Part shown: one piece after another, positions 10,041 through 19,437 of the stretch | Layout: every line of letters starts with the position of its first letter | Numbering within the stretch: the stretch's first letter is position 1 | NCBI GenBank assembly: GCA_046318495.1 | Contig: JBKCUI010000344.1 | Coordinates: forward strand, 1,600 to 65,599 | Origin: Pirellula sp. | GTDB taxonomy: Bacteria; Planctomycetota; Planctomycetia; Pirellulales; Pirellulaceae | Direction of reading: 5' to 3' | DNA: 64,000 bases | Program-made: the position numbers and the translations under genes | The notes under the pieces: generated by a model | The model's database searches: none | What the model was told of the DNA's origin: nothing | Seen by the model: only the letters and a program-made list of their open reading frames with translations

Positions 10041-10676
10041 CTAAGGCTTCTCGGCAATCGCCATCTTGGCTGGGCTGTACGATCTCAAATCCCAATCCGG
10101 GCCGGTTGGCAACCACGTTTCGGGCGTCCGGACTTCGAGTTCTACCGCCATCAACGAGCCGGATGGTGCGAGCGTGTACCAACGTTCGATGAGTTCCTTA
10201 AGTTCGGCTCCTTGGTTGTCCCACATTGCGTAGGGAGGACAGCAATAGATCGCCCACGCCGGCTTTTCCGTGGCGGTTTCTTGCACCAGCGGACCGATTC
10301 GCGGCAACGAAGCCAGCCGTGCCGACAGATCTTTCGACCATCGAAAAATGTCTTCGTGCAACACGTGCACGTCTTCTGAAATCCCAAGTTCGCGGGCGAT
10401 TTTCAGAATCGTGGTGGCACCACCGCGGAGAATCTCCCACACCACGGCCGCCTGAGCCCCGCGCGAAATGGACTCAAAGGCCATCACGCCGGAGCCGCCA
10501 AAAAGATCGAACGCGAGCATCCCGTCTAGCGTACCACCCATCAGATTCATGACCGCTTCACGCGTCCGATCCTTCATGGGTCGGGTGCGACGATCGCATT
10601 CAAAGTGGATTTTTCGTGAGCGCAACCGCCCTGCGATGATGCGCAAAGCGACCGTTTCCAATTCAGGTTTTTTCAC
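10041..10676 (-). CDS. rsmD: RsmD family RNA methyltransferase
   Basis: LRIIAGRLR, TRPMKDRTREAV and DLFGGSG motifs. The usual DPPY appears as CPPY. Confidence 0.85.
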   Translation of the reverse strand: MKKPELETVALRIIAGRLRSRKIHFECDRRTRPMKDRTREAVMNLMGGTLDGMLAFDLFGGSGVMAFESISRGAQAAVVWEILRGGATTILKIARELGISEDVHVLHEDIFRWSKDLSARLASLPRIGPLVQETATEKPAWAIYCCPPYAMWDNQGAELKELIERWYTLAPSGSLMAVELEVRTPETWLPTGPDWDLRSYSPAKMAIAEKP

Positions 10677-10759
10677 GTCGGCTATACTGGATGGATTGGA
10701 TTGAGCAGGAAGGTGCGAACATCGCGTTCCTTCCGCGCACCAGCATCCCCCTAAACACT

Positions 10760-12115
10760 ATGTTGAACAAGTATCGAACGCTGCCGAGATTGGCACTTTT
10801 TGCCTGTTTGCCCATGATCGGGCCGTCTGCTTGGCAGCCGCTGCTCGCCCAGGAATCGCCGACTGCCGCCCCCGATCGCCAAGCTCCGACCAAGCCATCG
10901 GGTGCGGCCCAGCCCTCCTCGAGCAAACTCACTCCCGAGGAACGCCAACGCCGCAAACAAGCCAAGCAGCAGCAGGAAATGGAAGCCGAACAACGTCGCA
11001 TCGAGACGTTTGGCATCGTCCCCGAGACCGACACCAATCCCTTGGCCGTCGAGTACCGACAAGCCGCAGTCGCCTTCCAAAAGGCCACCGCCGACTACGC
11101 AGACGCCCACATCCGGGTCCAATATCGGATGGAAGATACCATCTCGAATGGGGCGCGTGAGAAGTGGATTGAAGGGCTGAAGCGATCCTTTGAAGCCATG
11201 GTCTTGTGGCGAAACAAAGGGGCCGAACTGTACGCTTCCAATCCGGAAAAGTACGAAGACGTAGGGCTCATGCTCCGCGAAATGCTCATCGCCGATGGCA
11301 AGGCAGATCGCTTCGATCGATGGAGCTACGCCGCCAAAGCACTCCTCTCCTCGGAACGCTTGATCGACGAAGAAGTCCTGCTCGCCGCAGGCTATGTCGG
11401 CTTTGCGGAATGCGATTTCGAACTGACGACCAAAGCGTGGGTACCACTGGCCGAAGCGGGAAAACTTCCCGAAACCGAAATACGCATGCTGCAGGAATTG
11501 CCGCTGATCGAAAAAAGCTGGAACACCGAATTGGAGCGACTGCAAGCCGACCAGTCCAAAAACAATCCGCGCGTCGAGATCCTGACCACCAAAGGGGTGA
11601 TGGAGATCGAGCTCTTCGAAGATGAAGCCCCCCAAGCGGTGGCGAACTTCATCTACCTGGTCGAGAACGGCTACTACACCCGCAAACCCATTTTCCTCGT
11701 GCGCCAACACTGGCTGGCTCAAACCGGCTGCGAAAAAGGGGACGGGAAAGGGACCGCCGGTTACACGATCCGCAGCGAGGCCCAAGCTGCCGAACATCGT
11801 TGCCACTTTCGAGGCTCGTTGGCATTGCCGATCGCGGTCAACACCCAAACCAACCAACTCGATTTGGATTCGGGGGGCGCTCAGTTCTACTTCTCGTTTT
11901 TGCCCCTTCCGATCCTCGATGGCAAGCACACGGTGTTCGGCCGCGTCGTCAACGGCATCGAATCCCTAGGCCTGTTTCGCGTGGTGAACTTGACCGACGA
12001 AGAGGAACGCAAAAACCCCGAAACGCGTCCCGACACGATCGTCAGCGCCAAGGTGCTTCGAAAACGGGATCACGAATACCGGCCCACCCCCGTCCTCGGC
12101 AGGCTGCCCCGGTAG
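10760..12115 (+). CDS. Exported cyclophilin-type peptidylprolyl isomerase with long helical N-terminal region
   Basis: Signal-like N-terminus. C-terminal TTKGVMEIELFEDEAPQAVANF and LDGKHTVFGRVVNG cyclophilin motifs. Confidence 0.88.
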   Translation: MLNKYRTLPRLALFACLPMIGPSAWQPLLAQESPTAAPDRQAPTKPSGAAQPSSSKLTPEERQRRKQAKQQQEMEAEQRRIETFGIVPETDTNPLAVEYRQAAVAFQKATADYADAHIRVQYRMEDTISNGAREKWIEGLKRSFEAMVLWRNKGAELYASNPEKYEDVGLMLREMLIADGKADRFDRWSYAAKALLSSERLIDEEVLLAAGYVGFAECDFELTTKAWVPLAEAGKLPETEIRMLQELPLIEKSWNTELERLQADQSKNNPRVEILTTKGVMEIELFEDEAPQAVANFIYLVENGYYTRKPIFLVRQHWLAQTGCEKGDGKGTAGYTIRSEAQAAEHRCHFRGSLALPIAVNTQTNQLDLDSGGAQFYFSFLPLPILDGKHTVFGRVVNGIESLGLFRVVNLTDEEERKNPETRPDTIVSAKVLRKRDHEYRPTPVLGRLPR

Positions 12116-12136
12116 CGCCCTAGGGCACTCGCTACC
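12111..12136. repeat. GTAG-type REP-like palindrome overlapping the PPIase stop codon
   Basis: GGTAGCG...CGCTACC terminal inverted repeat. Confidence 0.45.
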
Positions 12137-12277
12137 AGGGCAGAAAGGTCCTGTTTTTCTTGGGTGCGACCGGCCTCATGCATCCAGGCAGGGGGGCGCC
12201 CACGCCGCACGAGCGGGCCTCGCCATCCTGCGGCGAAGCGGGGAGCCGATCTCCGAGGGAGCGACCTCGCGCGCGAC

Positions 12278-12306
12278 TTGACCGTCGCGACGATTTGGGC
12301 TATCTT
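12278..12306 (+). promoter_or_regulatory. Sigma-70-type promoter of tRNA-Leu
   Basis: TTGACC, 17-bp spacer, TATCTT, ending about 36 bp upstream of the tRNA. Confidence 0.6.
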
Positions 12307-12342
12307 CCCACGCTCTCGAAAGACCAACTTCGGTTGGAAAAC

Positions 12343-12432
12343 GCGGATGTGGCGGAATTGGCAGACGCGCTAGACTCAGGATCTAGTGGCCTAATACATA
12401 CGGCCGTGGAGGTTCGACCCCTCTCATCCGCA
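12343..12432 (+). tRNA. tRNA-Leu (anticodon CAG)
   Basis: Acceptor stem GCGGATG/CATCCGC plus discriminator A. D-loop with GG, anticodon arm CTAGA-CTCAGGA-TCTAG, long variable arm and GGTTCGA T-loop. CCA is not encoded. Confidence 0.96.
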
Positions 12433-12700
12433 TTGCTTGGCTGAAGCCTGTCTTTCGAAGGGTGTATCGACCTGCTTGGCAACCGCCAAGCACCGCGAGG
12501 GAACGCAGCATCCGGATGCAGGACGTTCGCGCTGCCCTGGATAGCAAGTCGCCCAGTTTGGTGAATTGCCCAGATTGGTCCATTGCTTGTGAAAGCTGAG
12601 TTGCCAATCGCGGTGAGTGCCTGGTTGTTGATGCCCTCACCCTTGCGTGCGATCGCACGGGCCCAACGTTTGGATTCCTATCTGACGACCGATCTTTGAA

Positions 12701-14134
12701 ATGCCGAAAGACTTTCTCGCCGGGACCCAACCTGAGTACGACGTTATTGTGATCGGGAGCGGTTTGGCGGGGATGACCTCGGCAAACATCTTGGGCCGCG
12801 CCGGCCATCGCGTTCTTCTTCTGGAACAGCACTACAAGCTCGGCGGACTGGCCACGTGGTTCAAACGCCCCGGCAGCCACACGTTTGATATCTCGCTGCA
12901 CGGATTCCCGTATGGCATGCTCAAGAGCTGCAAACGGTATTGGAACGACGACATCGCTTCCAACATCGTCCAACTCAACAACATCCGGTTCGACAACCCG
13001 ATGTTCTCGCTCACGACGACCTACAACCGCGAGGACTTCACCGAACTGCTGTCGACTCGGTTTGGTGTCCCTCGCGAAACGGTCATGAAGTTCTTTGATA
13101 CCGCCCGCGGGATGAACTTCTACGACGACCAATCGCTCACCACGCGCGAGCTCTTTGAGCAGTTCTTCCCGGGCCGCCAAGACATCGTCCGGCTGCTCAT
13201 GGAACCGATCACGTATGCCAACGGGTCGACGTTGGAAGACCCCGCCATCACCTACGGCATCGTCTTTTCGAACTTTATGGCCAAAGGGGTATTCATCTAC
13301 GAAGGTGGCACCGACGATTTGGTTAGCAAGATGCAAGCCGAAATGACCAAGAACGGCGTCGATGTCCGCATCCGATGCGACGTCTCCAAAATCTTGGTCG
13401 ATCGAAATGGTGTTTGCGGGGTGAAGGTCGGCGACCGCGAGATCAAATGCCGCGCGATTGTCAGCAACTCCAACTTGCGTGCAACCATCTTTAACATGGT
13501 GGGCGAAGAGCACTTTGACCGATCGTTTGTCGATTCGGCTCGCGCGGTACGGCTCAACAACAGCAGCACCCAAGTCTACATGGCCATGAAGCCAGGCGTC
13601 GAGATTCCCGAATCGACTGGCGATTTGCTCTTCTGCTCGACCGCCCCCGCATTTCGAACCGATTTGCTGCTGGATCGCAACATCACGTCGCGCACGTTCA
13701 GCTTCTATTACCCTCGCACTCGCCCCCACGCGAAAGAACGCTATGCCATCGTCAGCAGCACCAATGCCCATTGGAGCGACTGGTCCGACCTGTCCGAAGA
13801 GGACTACCAAGCGAGCAAACAGGATCTGATCGAGACCACCCTCGAAGCCTTGGAAAAATACGTCCCCAATTGCCGCGACAAGATCGATGTCGTCGAAGCT
13901 GCAACCCCCAAAACATTCCATCACTACACCAAGCATCTGGCCGGCGCGAGCTTTGGCACCAAGTTCGAAGGCCTGGCGGTCTCGAGAAGTTTGCCACAAC
14001 AAATCCACGGCCTCTATCATGCCGGCAGCGTCGGCATCATCATGTCGGGGTGGCTCGGCGCGATCAATTACGGTGTGATCGTGTCCAACGAAGTCGACCA
14101 AATGCTCTGTCGCTCCCAAGTCCTTCCCACGTAA
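12701..14134 (+). CDS. NAD(P)/FAD-dependent oxidoreductase, phytoene desaturase / retinol saturase-like
   Basis: [10 protein letters not shown] Rossmann motif, [10 protein letters not shown], and C-terminal TPKTFHHYT and GLYHAGS. Confidence 0.85.
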   Translation: MPKDFLAGTQPEYDVIVIGSGLAGMTSANILGRAGHRVLLLEQHYKLGGLATWFKRPGSHTFDISLHGFPYGMLKSCKRYWNDDIASNIVQLNNIRFDNPMFSLTTTYNREDFTELLSTRFGVPRETVMKFFDTARGMNFYDDQSLTTRELFEQFFPGRQDIVRLLMEPITYANGSTLEDPAITYGIVFSNFMAKGVFIYEGGTDDLVSKMQAEMTKNGVDVRIRCDVSKILVDRNGVCGVKVGDREIKCRAIVSNSNLRATIFNMVGEEHFDRSFVDSARAVRLNNSSTQVYMAMKPGVEIPESTGDLLFCSTAPAFRTDLLLDRNITSRTFSFYYPRTRPHAKERYAIVSSTNAHWSDWSDLSEEDYQASKQDLIETTLEALEKYVPNCRDKIDVVEAATPKTFHHYTKHLAGASFGTKFEGLAVSRSLPQQIHGLYHAGSVGIIMSGWLGAINYGVIVSNEVDQMLCRSQVLPT

Positions 14135-14241
14135 TGCGAACTCGGTTCCGCGTCGACTCGACCGAGCGAACTCGGCACCGCTTCGCTTCGCCCAACTGTC
14201 CCCCCGAACACGCCACCCCACCACCTGACCCTCGCATCCCT

Positions 14242-14715
14242 ATGACCACTCGCCGACGCGCACGCGAAGTTGTTCTTCAAGTCCTCTACGAAGAGGATCT
14301 CCATCCGCTTCGCGAGCCGGAGGTAGCGCGCGAGTTCCTCGCCAACCGATTGCTCCATCACCCAGCGCTGGTGGCCTTTGCGGAACAGTTGTGGGAAGGG
14401 GTTCGCGCGCATCGAACCAGTTTGGACGCACTGCTCACCAAGCACTCGGCCAACTGGTCGGTCAAACGCATGGCCACCATCGACCGCAACGTGCTTCGCA
14501 TCGCGGCCTATGAAATGATCCACGGCAATGTCCCGGGCAGAGTCGCAATCAACGAAGCCATCGAAATCGCAAAACGCTATGGCAATCAAAACTCCGGCCA
14601 ATTCGTGAATGGAATCTTGGATCGCGTGCTCAAGGAATCCAATGCCGCCGCCGAGCCTGCGAAACCGGCTCTGGACGCAGCCGATGCCACCGTTGCACCC
14701 GCCGAAAGCAACTGA
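14242..14715 (+). CDS. nusB: Transcription antitermination factor NusB
   Basis: RRRAREVVLQVLYE, DRNVLRIAAYE and AINEAIEIAKRYG...FVNGILD motifs. Confidence 0.95.
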   Translation: MTTRRRAREVVLQVLYEEDLHPLREPEVAREFLANRLLHHPALVAFAEQLWEGVRAHRTSLDALLTKHSANWSVKRMATIDRNVLRIAAYEMIHGNVPGRVAINEAIEIAKRYGNQNSGQFVNGILDRVLKESNAAAEPAKPALDAADATVAPAESN

Positions 14716-14877
14716 CGTTCCAATCGCTTTATCTGCAGTCGCCTTTTCGTTGCCCTCGAATGGCTCTATTCTTTGAGTGCGACGCATCACGCGGAATCGG
14801 GCTGCATCGCGCGAATGGGATCGCCCCATCAGCCCACCGCCGGTTCCTGCAACTCCCACTTGGCACGAGTTCTCGCA

Positions 14878-15687
14878 ATGGCCCACCAACCCTCGCCCGA
14901 TCATCGCCCCGACCCGAATGAAAACATGCCGGCCTTGCGCGCCCGTGTTCCCGAGCATGTGGCCCGCGGGGAAATCAGCACCGGCGTGATCGTCGTCACC
15001 GGCGGGACCGAGTACGTCCTCGATTTCGTTCGCAACTTGCCTCGGCCCAACTGCATCGTTGCCCGCGTGGTGTTGCCCCATCTGGTCATGCCGCAATTCA
15101 TCGAAGCCCTGGCCACCAACATCGAACTGTATCGCCAACGCTATGGCGAACTGCCCGGTACGCCGACGCCACAAGGCAATGCCCCAGGAACGCTTCCGCC
15201 CCCTTTGGCTTCGGCCGTTGAAAGCCAGATCGTGTCGGCAGGAACCCCGATGCCTCCAGCCATGCCCCCGAGTCCCGCCCCCCAAGCGAACGGTCCGTCC
15301 CTCGATGCTTCGGGGCTTCCGCGCCCAGACGCGAGCCCTGCAGCCAACGCGCACGACCCCGCAGCCCACGGACCATCCGATGCCGCGAATTCGGGCGTTC
15401 ACAAGCGCCACAATCCTCAAGAGATTTACGACGACCTCAAGCTTCGCGATGAGATCCTCAGCGGCGCCTATGCCAACGCCGTCATGATCGGCCATGGCCC
15501 GCACGAGTTCAGCTTCGACTTCATCACCAACTTCTATCCGCAATCGGCCGTCAGTTGCCGCGTCTACTTGGCCGCCGGACACATCGGACGGCTGCTGGAA
15601 TCGCTCAAGCAATCTTGGGAGCAGTTGCGACCTCGGTTGGGCTATCCACCGCATGGTCCGGCCGGCCCCGGCGGACCGATCGGTTGA
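14878..15687 (+). CDS. Tandem DUF3467-like domain protein with Pro-rich linker
   Basis: Two related modules (ISTGVIVVTGGTEYVLDF..VARVVLP and YANAVMIGHGPHEFSFDF..SCRVYLA). Confidence 0.75.
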   Translation: MAHQPSPDHRPDPNENMPALRARVPEHVARGEISTGVIVVTGGTEYVLDFVRNLPRPNCIVARVVLPHLVMPQFIEALATNIELYRQRYGELPGTPTPQGNAPGTLPPPLASAVESQIVSAGTPMPPAMPPSPAPQANGPSLDASGLPRPDASPAANAHDPAAHGPSDAANSGVHKRHNPQEIYDDLKLRDEILSGAYANAVMIGHGPHEFSFDFITNFYPQSAVSCRVYLAAGHIGRLLESLKQSWEQLRPRLGYPPHGPAGPGGPIG

Positions 15688-15693
15688 TCTGCG

Positions 15694-16332
15694 ATGCGCG
15701 ATCTTTTCGAGCCCCCAGCAGGCTTTAGCCCTTCCTCCCATCGATTGATCTTGGCCAGTTCCTCGCCGCGGCGCAAGGAACTGCTGGGCCGTTTTGGGTA
15801 TGACTTTGAAGTCCTCGCGCCCGACCCGGCCGCGGAATGCGGCATCTGTTCGCGCGAGACCCCGCCGGAAATCGTTGCGAGGCTGGCCTATCAGAAAGCA
15901 GCGGATGTCATCGGCCAGATCGAGTGCGATGATCGCATCGTGGTCGCGTGCGACACGGTCGCCGAGTGCTTGGGGAGCGTTCTGGGCAAACCCGAAGATC
16001 GCGAGCATGCCCGTCAGATGCTGTCGCGATTGCGAGGCCGCGAGCATCGCGTCTACAGCGGACTGTGCCTCTGGAATCGCACGACGGCTCAACGCTCGGT
16101 GCTCGTCGATGTTTCCTTGCTCAAGATGGAGCCGATCGGCGATGACCAGCTCGAAGCCTATTTGGACACCGAGCAATGGGCAGGCAAAGCCGGCGCGCTC
16201 GGCTTTCAAGACGGACCGCCCTGGATCGAGCTGATCGCTGGTTCGGCCACCAACGTGGTCGGTCTACCGATGGAACTGTTGGCCCAGATGCTGACGCGAT
16301 TTTCCTGTTCCTCGCAGGATGCCCATTCGTAG
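15694..16332 (+). CDS. maf: Maf family nucleotide pyrophosphatase
   Basis: LILASSSPRRKELL, ACDTV, LGKPED, GKAG and NVVGLP motifs. Confidence 0.93.
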   Translation: MRDLFEPPAGFSPSSHRLILASSSPRRKELLGRFGYDFEVLAPDPAAECGICSRETPPEIVARLAYQKAADVIGQIECDDRIVVACDTVAECLGSVLGKPEDREHARQMLSRLRGREHRVYSGLCLWNRTTAQRSVLVDVSLLKMEPIGDDQLEAYLDTEQWAGKAGALGFQDGPPWIELIAGSATNVVGLPMELLAQMLTRFSCSSQDAHS

Positions 16333-16446
16333 ACTCCTGTCGCGCCGGCCGTCGCTACGCTGTGAGCGGCGTTTGACCCCAGCATTTTTTGCCCAAAGCT
16401 GCATCGGTTTGCGGCTGCAAATTCGGCAAAAAACCGCCCATTCCGG

Positions 16447-16478
16447 ATTGTATACAATTTCCTTTTTTGTATACAATC
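16447..16478. promoter_or_regulatory. Two tandem TTGTATACAA palindromic operators (GntR-family-like)
   Basis: ATTGTATACAAT at 16447-16458 and TTGTATACAA at 16467-16476, in an AT-rich patch upstream of the dioxygenase gene. Confidence 0.7.
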
Positions 16479-16529
16479 GCGTCCGTCGAGCCGATGGCTT
16501 TCCCGTATCCTTTCCCTCGCGAGGGCATC

Positions 16530-17357
16530 ATGACGAAGTTCAGCATCATTCCGACCGAATCCGAATTGGCAGCCCTCGATAGGGATCTTCGGTTCTACTC
16601 CGTTTCCAACGACCATCCGAAGAAGCTCACCGCAGCTCAAATCGATCATTACAACGCCCGCGGGTTCATCGCTCCCTTGGATGTCTACTCCACCGACGAG
16701 ATCGCATCGATCCGCAGTTACTTCGACGACTTGCTCGCCCGCGTCGTCGCCGCCGGCGGCGATAGCTACTCGATCTCTTCGGCGCATCTGAAGTACGGCC
16801 CGGTCTACGACATCCTGACCGAGCCTCGCATTGTCGACTATGTCGCCGATCTGCTCGGGGACGACGTCATCGCTTGGGGTTCGCACTTCTTTTGCAAGAT
16901 GCCCGGCGATGGCAAGATGGTGGCTTGGCACCAAGACGCCAGCTATTGGCCGTTGTCCCCTTCCAAAGCGGTCACCGTGTGGTTGGCGGTGGACGATGCC
17001 GATCCCGAGAACGCATGCATGAAGTTCGTGGCAGGCTCGCATCATTCGGGGCACTTGACGTATCGTCCGAGCGACAGCGCCGATCACAACGTGTTGAGCC
17101 AATCGATCGACAACGCCGAGCAGTACGGGGACGTCGTTTACGATCCGTTGCGCGCCGGACAAGTCTCCATCCACAACGATTTGTTGCTGCACGGCTCCGA
17201 GGCCAATCTGTCGACGCGGCGTCGCTGCGGATTGACGTTGCGGTATTGCTGTGCAAGCGTCCGGGCAGGCATGCATTGGAACGAGAAAGGGGTCCACGTC
17301 CGCGGCAGCGATCCCACCGGGCATTGGTTCAACAACGCACGCCCGACGGCATCGTAA
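16530..17357 (+). CDS. Phytanoyl-CoA dioxygenase family Fe(II)/2-oxoglutarate enzyme
   Basis: WHQD (HxD) motif, distal LLLHGS His, RRCGLTLRY and VTVWLAVDDA. Confidence 0.9.
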   Translation: MTKFSIIPTESELAALDRDLRFYSVSNDHPKKLTAAQIDHYNARGFIAPLDVYSTDEIASIRSYFDDLLARVVAAGGDSYSISSAHLKYGPVYDILTEPRIVDYVADLLGDDVIAWGSHFFCKMPGDGKMVAWHQDASYWPLSPSKAVTVWLAVDDADPENACMKFVAGSHHSGHLTYRPSDSADHNVLSQSIDNAEQYGDVVYDPLRAGQVSIHNDLLLHGSEANLSTRRRCGLTLRYCCASVRAGMHWNEKGVHVRGSDPTGHWFNNARPTAS

Positions 17358-17453
17358 TCGCGGCTCGATATTGAACGAGGATCGACAGCACGGACGCTTC
17401 CAACTTTGCAACCGCAGCTAACGCCAAAGCGGTGAATCGAACGGCGGAAACGC

Positions 17454-17492
17454 CGCGAGCCGCGGGAAGCGTGGTGCTTCTCGCGGCTCGTG
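17454..17492. terminator. Long GC-rich hairpin between convergent genes
   Basis: CGCGAGCCGCGGGAAGC-GTGGT-GCTTCTCGCGGCTCGTG forms a 17-bp stem with G:U pairs. No U-tract. Confidence 0.45.
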
Positions 17493-17562
17493 CGAGGGTT
17501 ATGCCATGCGTCAGGCTCGCAGCGTTGCGAACCTTCGCATGCGTTCTAGGAATGCTGCTCGA

Positions 17563-18150
17563 TTACCAAGGTCCGCGCACTGGATACACGCCGATCTGAT
17601 CGGTGTGCGTTGGCCAGTACGGAGTCGCTCGGAACACGCCGCCACCCGCTCCGTTCGGCGGATTGCCACCGAACTGATGGTAGACCGGTGTCATCGTGTT
17701 CTGCGATACGCCCCACGAGTAGTTCGATTGCATCGTCACCGTAGGTGGTACCACCAATGCAGTCGGTTGCCCGGTCTTCATCCAGTAGTAGCCACCGTGC
17801 CATGGGCGCTGCGCGGCTTGATTGCGTGCCCAGTAATCGCCCCAAGTCGAATGCCACATCCAACCTTGGTGCGTGCCGCCATTGCCATACGGATTCGCTG
17901 CGTTGGCAATCGCATGGGCTTGCAGTCCAGCCGCCACGCCGTGAATGTGGCTGCCGACGCCTTGCAAATGACCGTGCCCGACATGAGCATGGCCTGCTGA
18001 TGGGCTGCACGTGCCCGAGTTGCAATTCCCCGCACCGGCCGAAGCCGTGTTGCAAGGTTGACCAGCCGCCGGCGTTTGCGCCATCGCGCCGCCGCTCAAG
18101 GTGACGACTGCAGCCAATGCAGCCCCACCCAACAAGTGTTTACGTATCAT
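17563..18150 (-). CDS. Secreted Gly/His/Trp/Tyr-rich hypothetical protein
   Basis: Signal peptide ending in AMA-Q, an N-terminal Cys cluster, a His-Gly-rich linker and an aromatic-rich C-terminal domain. Confidence 0.7.
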   Translation of the reverse strand: MIRKHLLGGAALAAVVTLSGGAMAQTPAAGQPCNTASAGAGNCNSGTCSPSAGHAHVGHGHLQGVGSHIHGVAAGLQAHAIANAANPYGNGGTHQGWMWHSTWGDYWARNQAAQRPWHGGYYWMKTGQPTALVVPPTVTMQSNYSWGVSQNTMTPVYHQFGGNPPNGAGGGVFRATPYWPTHTDQIGVYPVRGPW

Positions 18151-18272
18151 GGGTACTCACTCAATAGTTCTTTGGGATAGCGGATCAGTAGCGCGTCGTC
18201 CATGATGCCCGTCTGAACCATCGATGAAACCCGGGCTCCTACCCAGATAGTCGAGGAAGATTGCAATGCGTC

Positions 18273-18893
18273 TTACTGGTGCGGCAACTGGATGGCTTTG
18301 TGCACCCAGTGAACCGTGCCCTTGACCGGAGGCACCATGTAGGTTGCCTTGGTTCGATTCAACCCGCGACCGCCATCGTAGTACGAATGGTATCGGTCAT
18401 GATGTTGATAGAGATAATGATGTGGATACAGCGGCTGGTATGTGTAGTACGTATGACCGACGTGTCCTGGCACGCCGATCGGCGACATGTACATCCCCGC
18501 CGTGGCTTGGTTGGCGTTGCCTTGTGTGAAATAGTTTTCAAACAAAGGCTGCGTTCCCTTGCCCAGGGTGTTGCCATAGCGCTCGGTGTTGCCCGAGTTC
18601 ACGGCTGCAGCCGCTGCGGTCGTGTTCATGAAGTGCCCTACGACACCGCCACCCGCCATCGGCACGCCCGCTACTGGAACCCCAGCAGCGCCGCCGATCA
18701 TGGCTCCCGATTGCGGCATCGCTACCGCCGAAGGAGCTGCATAGGGAACTCCCTGAGCTACCACTGGCCCAGCCGAAGCACCGTTGTTTCCACAGTGTGG
18801 GCATTGAGCCAACAGCGTGTTTGCCGATCCTGCCACCGAGGCCAGCGCTACGCTGCCAGCCAAAGAGGCCTTAACCAATCCTTGAAGTCGCAT
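18273..18893 (-). CDS. Secreted Gly/Ala/His/Tyr-rich hypothetical protein
   Basis: GGAAGGA Shine-Dalgarno, signal peptide, CPHC motif, Ala/Gly linker and HHYLYQHHDRYHSYY segment. Confidence 0.7.
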   Translation of the reverse strand: MRLQGLVKASLAGSVALASVAGSANTLLAQCPHCGNNGASAGPVVAQGVPYAAPSAVAMPQSGAMIGGAAGVPVAGVPMAGGGVVGHFMNTTAAAAAVNSGNTERYGNTLGKGTQPLFENYFTQGNANQATAGMYMSPIGVPGHVGHTYYTYQPLYPHHYLYQHHDRYHSYYDGGRGLNRTKATYMVPPVKGTVHWVHKAIQLPHQ

Positions 18894-19287
18894 TCCTTCC
18901 ACTCCTGTCTCAGGGACGAATCGGGCCGAGCCGCGATCGCATGTTCGGATCGCAAGTCCCACCCCTCCGAGTCGTGATTGACTCCATCGCTCTGCACCCG
19001 GCATTCCGATCCAGGCACCCTCGAGCGAAGGACTCCGACTCCACACTTCGGTTGCTCGGAAGTCCAACCGCGCGCTCCGCATGAAAACCGCCTCCTCACC
19101 CCGCCAATCCCGAGAAATGATGGCGTTCACAAGGCCCACGCGGGTCGTGCCGAAAAAGGGACCCGGCCTAGCACATTGCTTGGAAATTGCCCAGCCCGCA
19201 TAGACCAACAAGCTGTTATCCTTTACCCTTTGGCGGTCCAGGTTCCATCCCCCGCGCGGCGCCGCCAACTCCGATGGCCGTACCCAT

Positions 19288-19349
19288 GGCCCCCGTTGAA
19301 CCGGCCCCGCTGAACCAGCCCCTATGAACTAGCCCCTATGAACCAGCTC
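19288..19349. repeat. Four imperfect 14-bp tandem repeats upstream of top6B
   Basis: GGCCCCCGTTGAAC, CGGCCCCGCTGAAC, CAGCCCCTATGAAC, TAGCCCCTATGAAC, then a partial CAGC. Confidence 0.8.
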
Positions 19350-19437
19350 GGGGGGCCGACCTGACCATTCCTGCACAGGCACCATCGGGTCCTGCAGACG
19401 ATTTGAGCTCCAGTCTAGATTTGCATCACGGAAGTCG

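Noticed and set aside
12343-12700. tRNA-Leu as a possible island integration site
   Set aside because: No integrase is nearby, I noticed no duplicate of the tRNA 3' end, and housekeeping-type genes follow. This was not an exhaustive search.
14861-14877. Sigma-54-like TGGCACG...GC motif before the DUF3467 gene
   Set aside because: The GG-to-GC spacing is one base too long and the motif abuts the start codon.
12383-16209. Long minus-strand ORFs (613 aa and 713 aa) and similar ones such as 19426-20694, 28761-30287 and 59355-61454
   Set aside because: They lie antisense to genes with clear family motifs and show no motifs of their own. They are shadow ORFs expected in GC-rich DNA.
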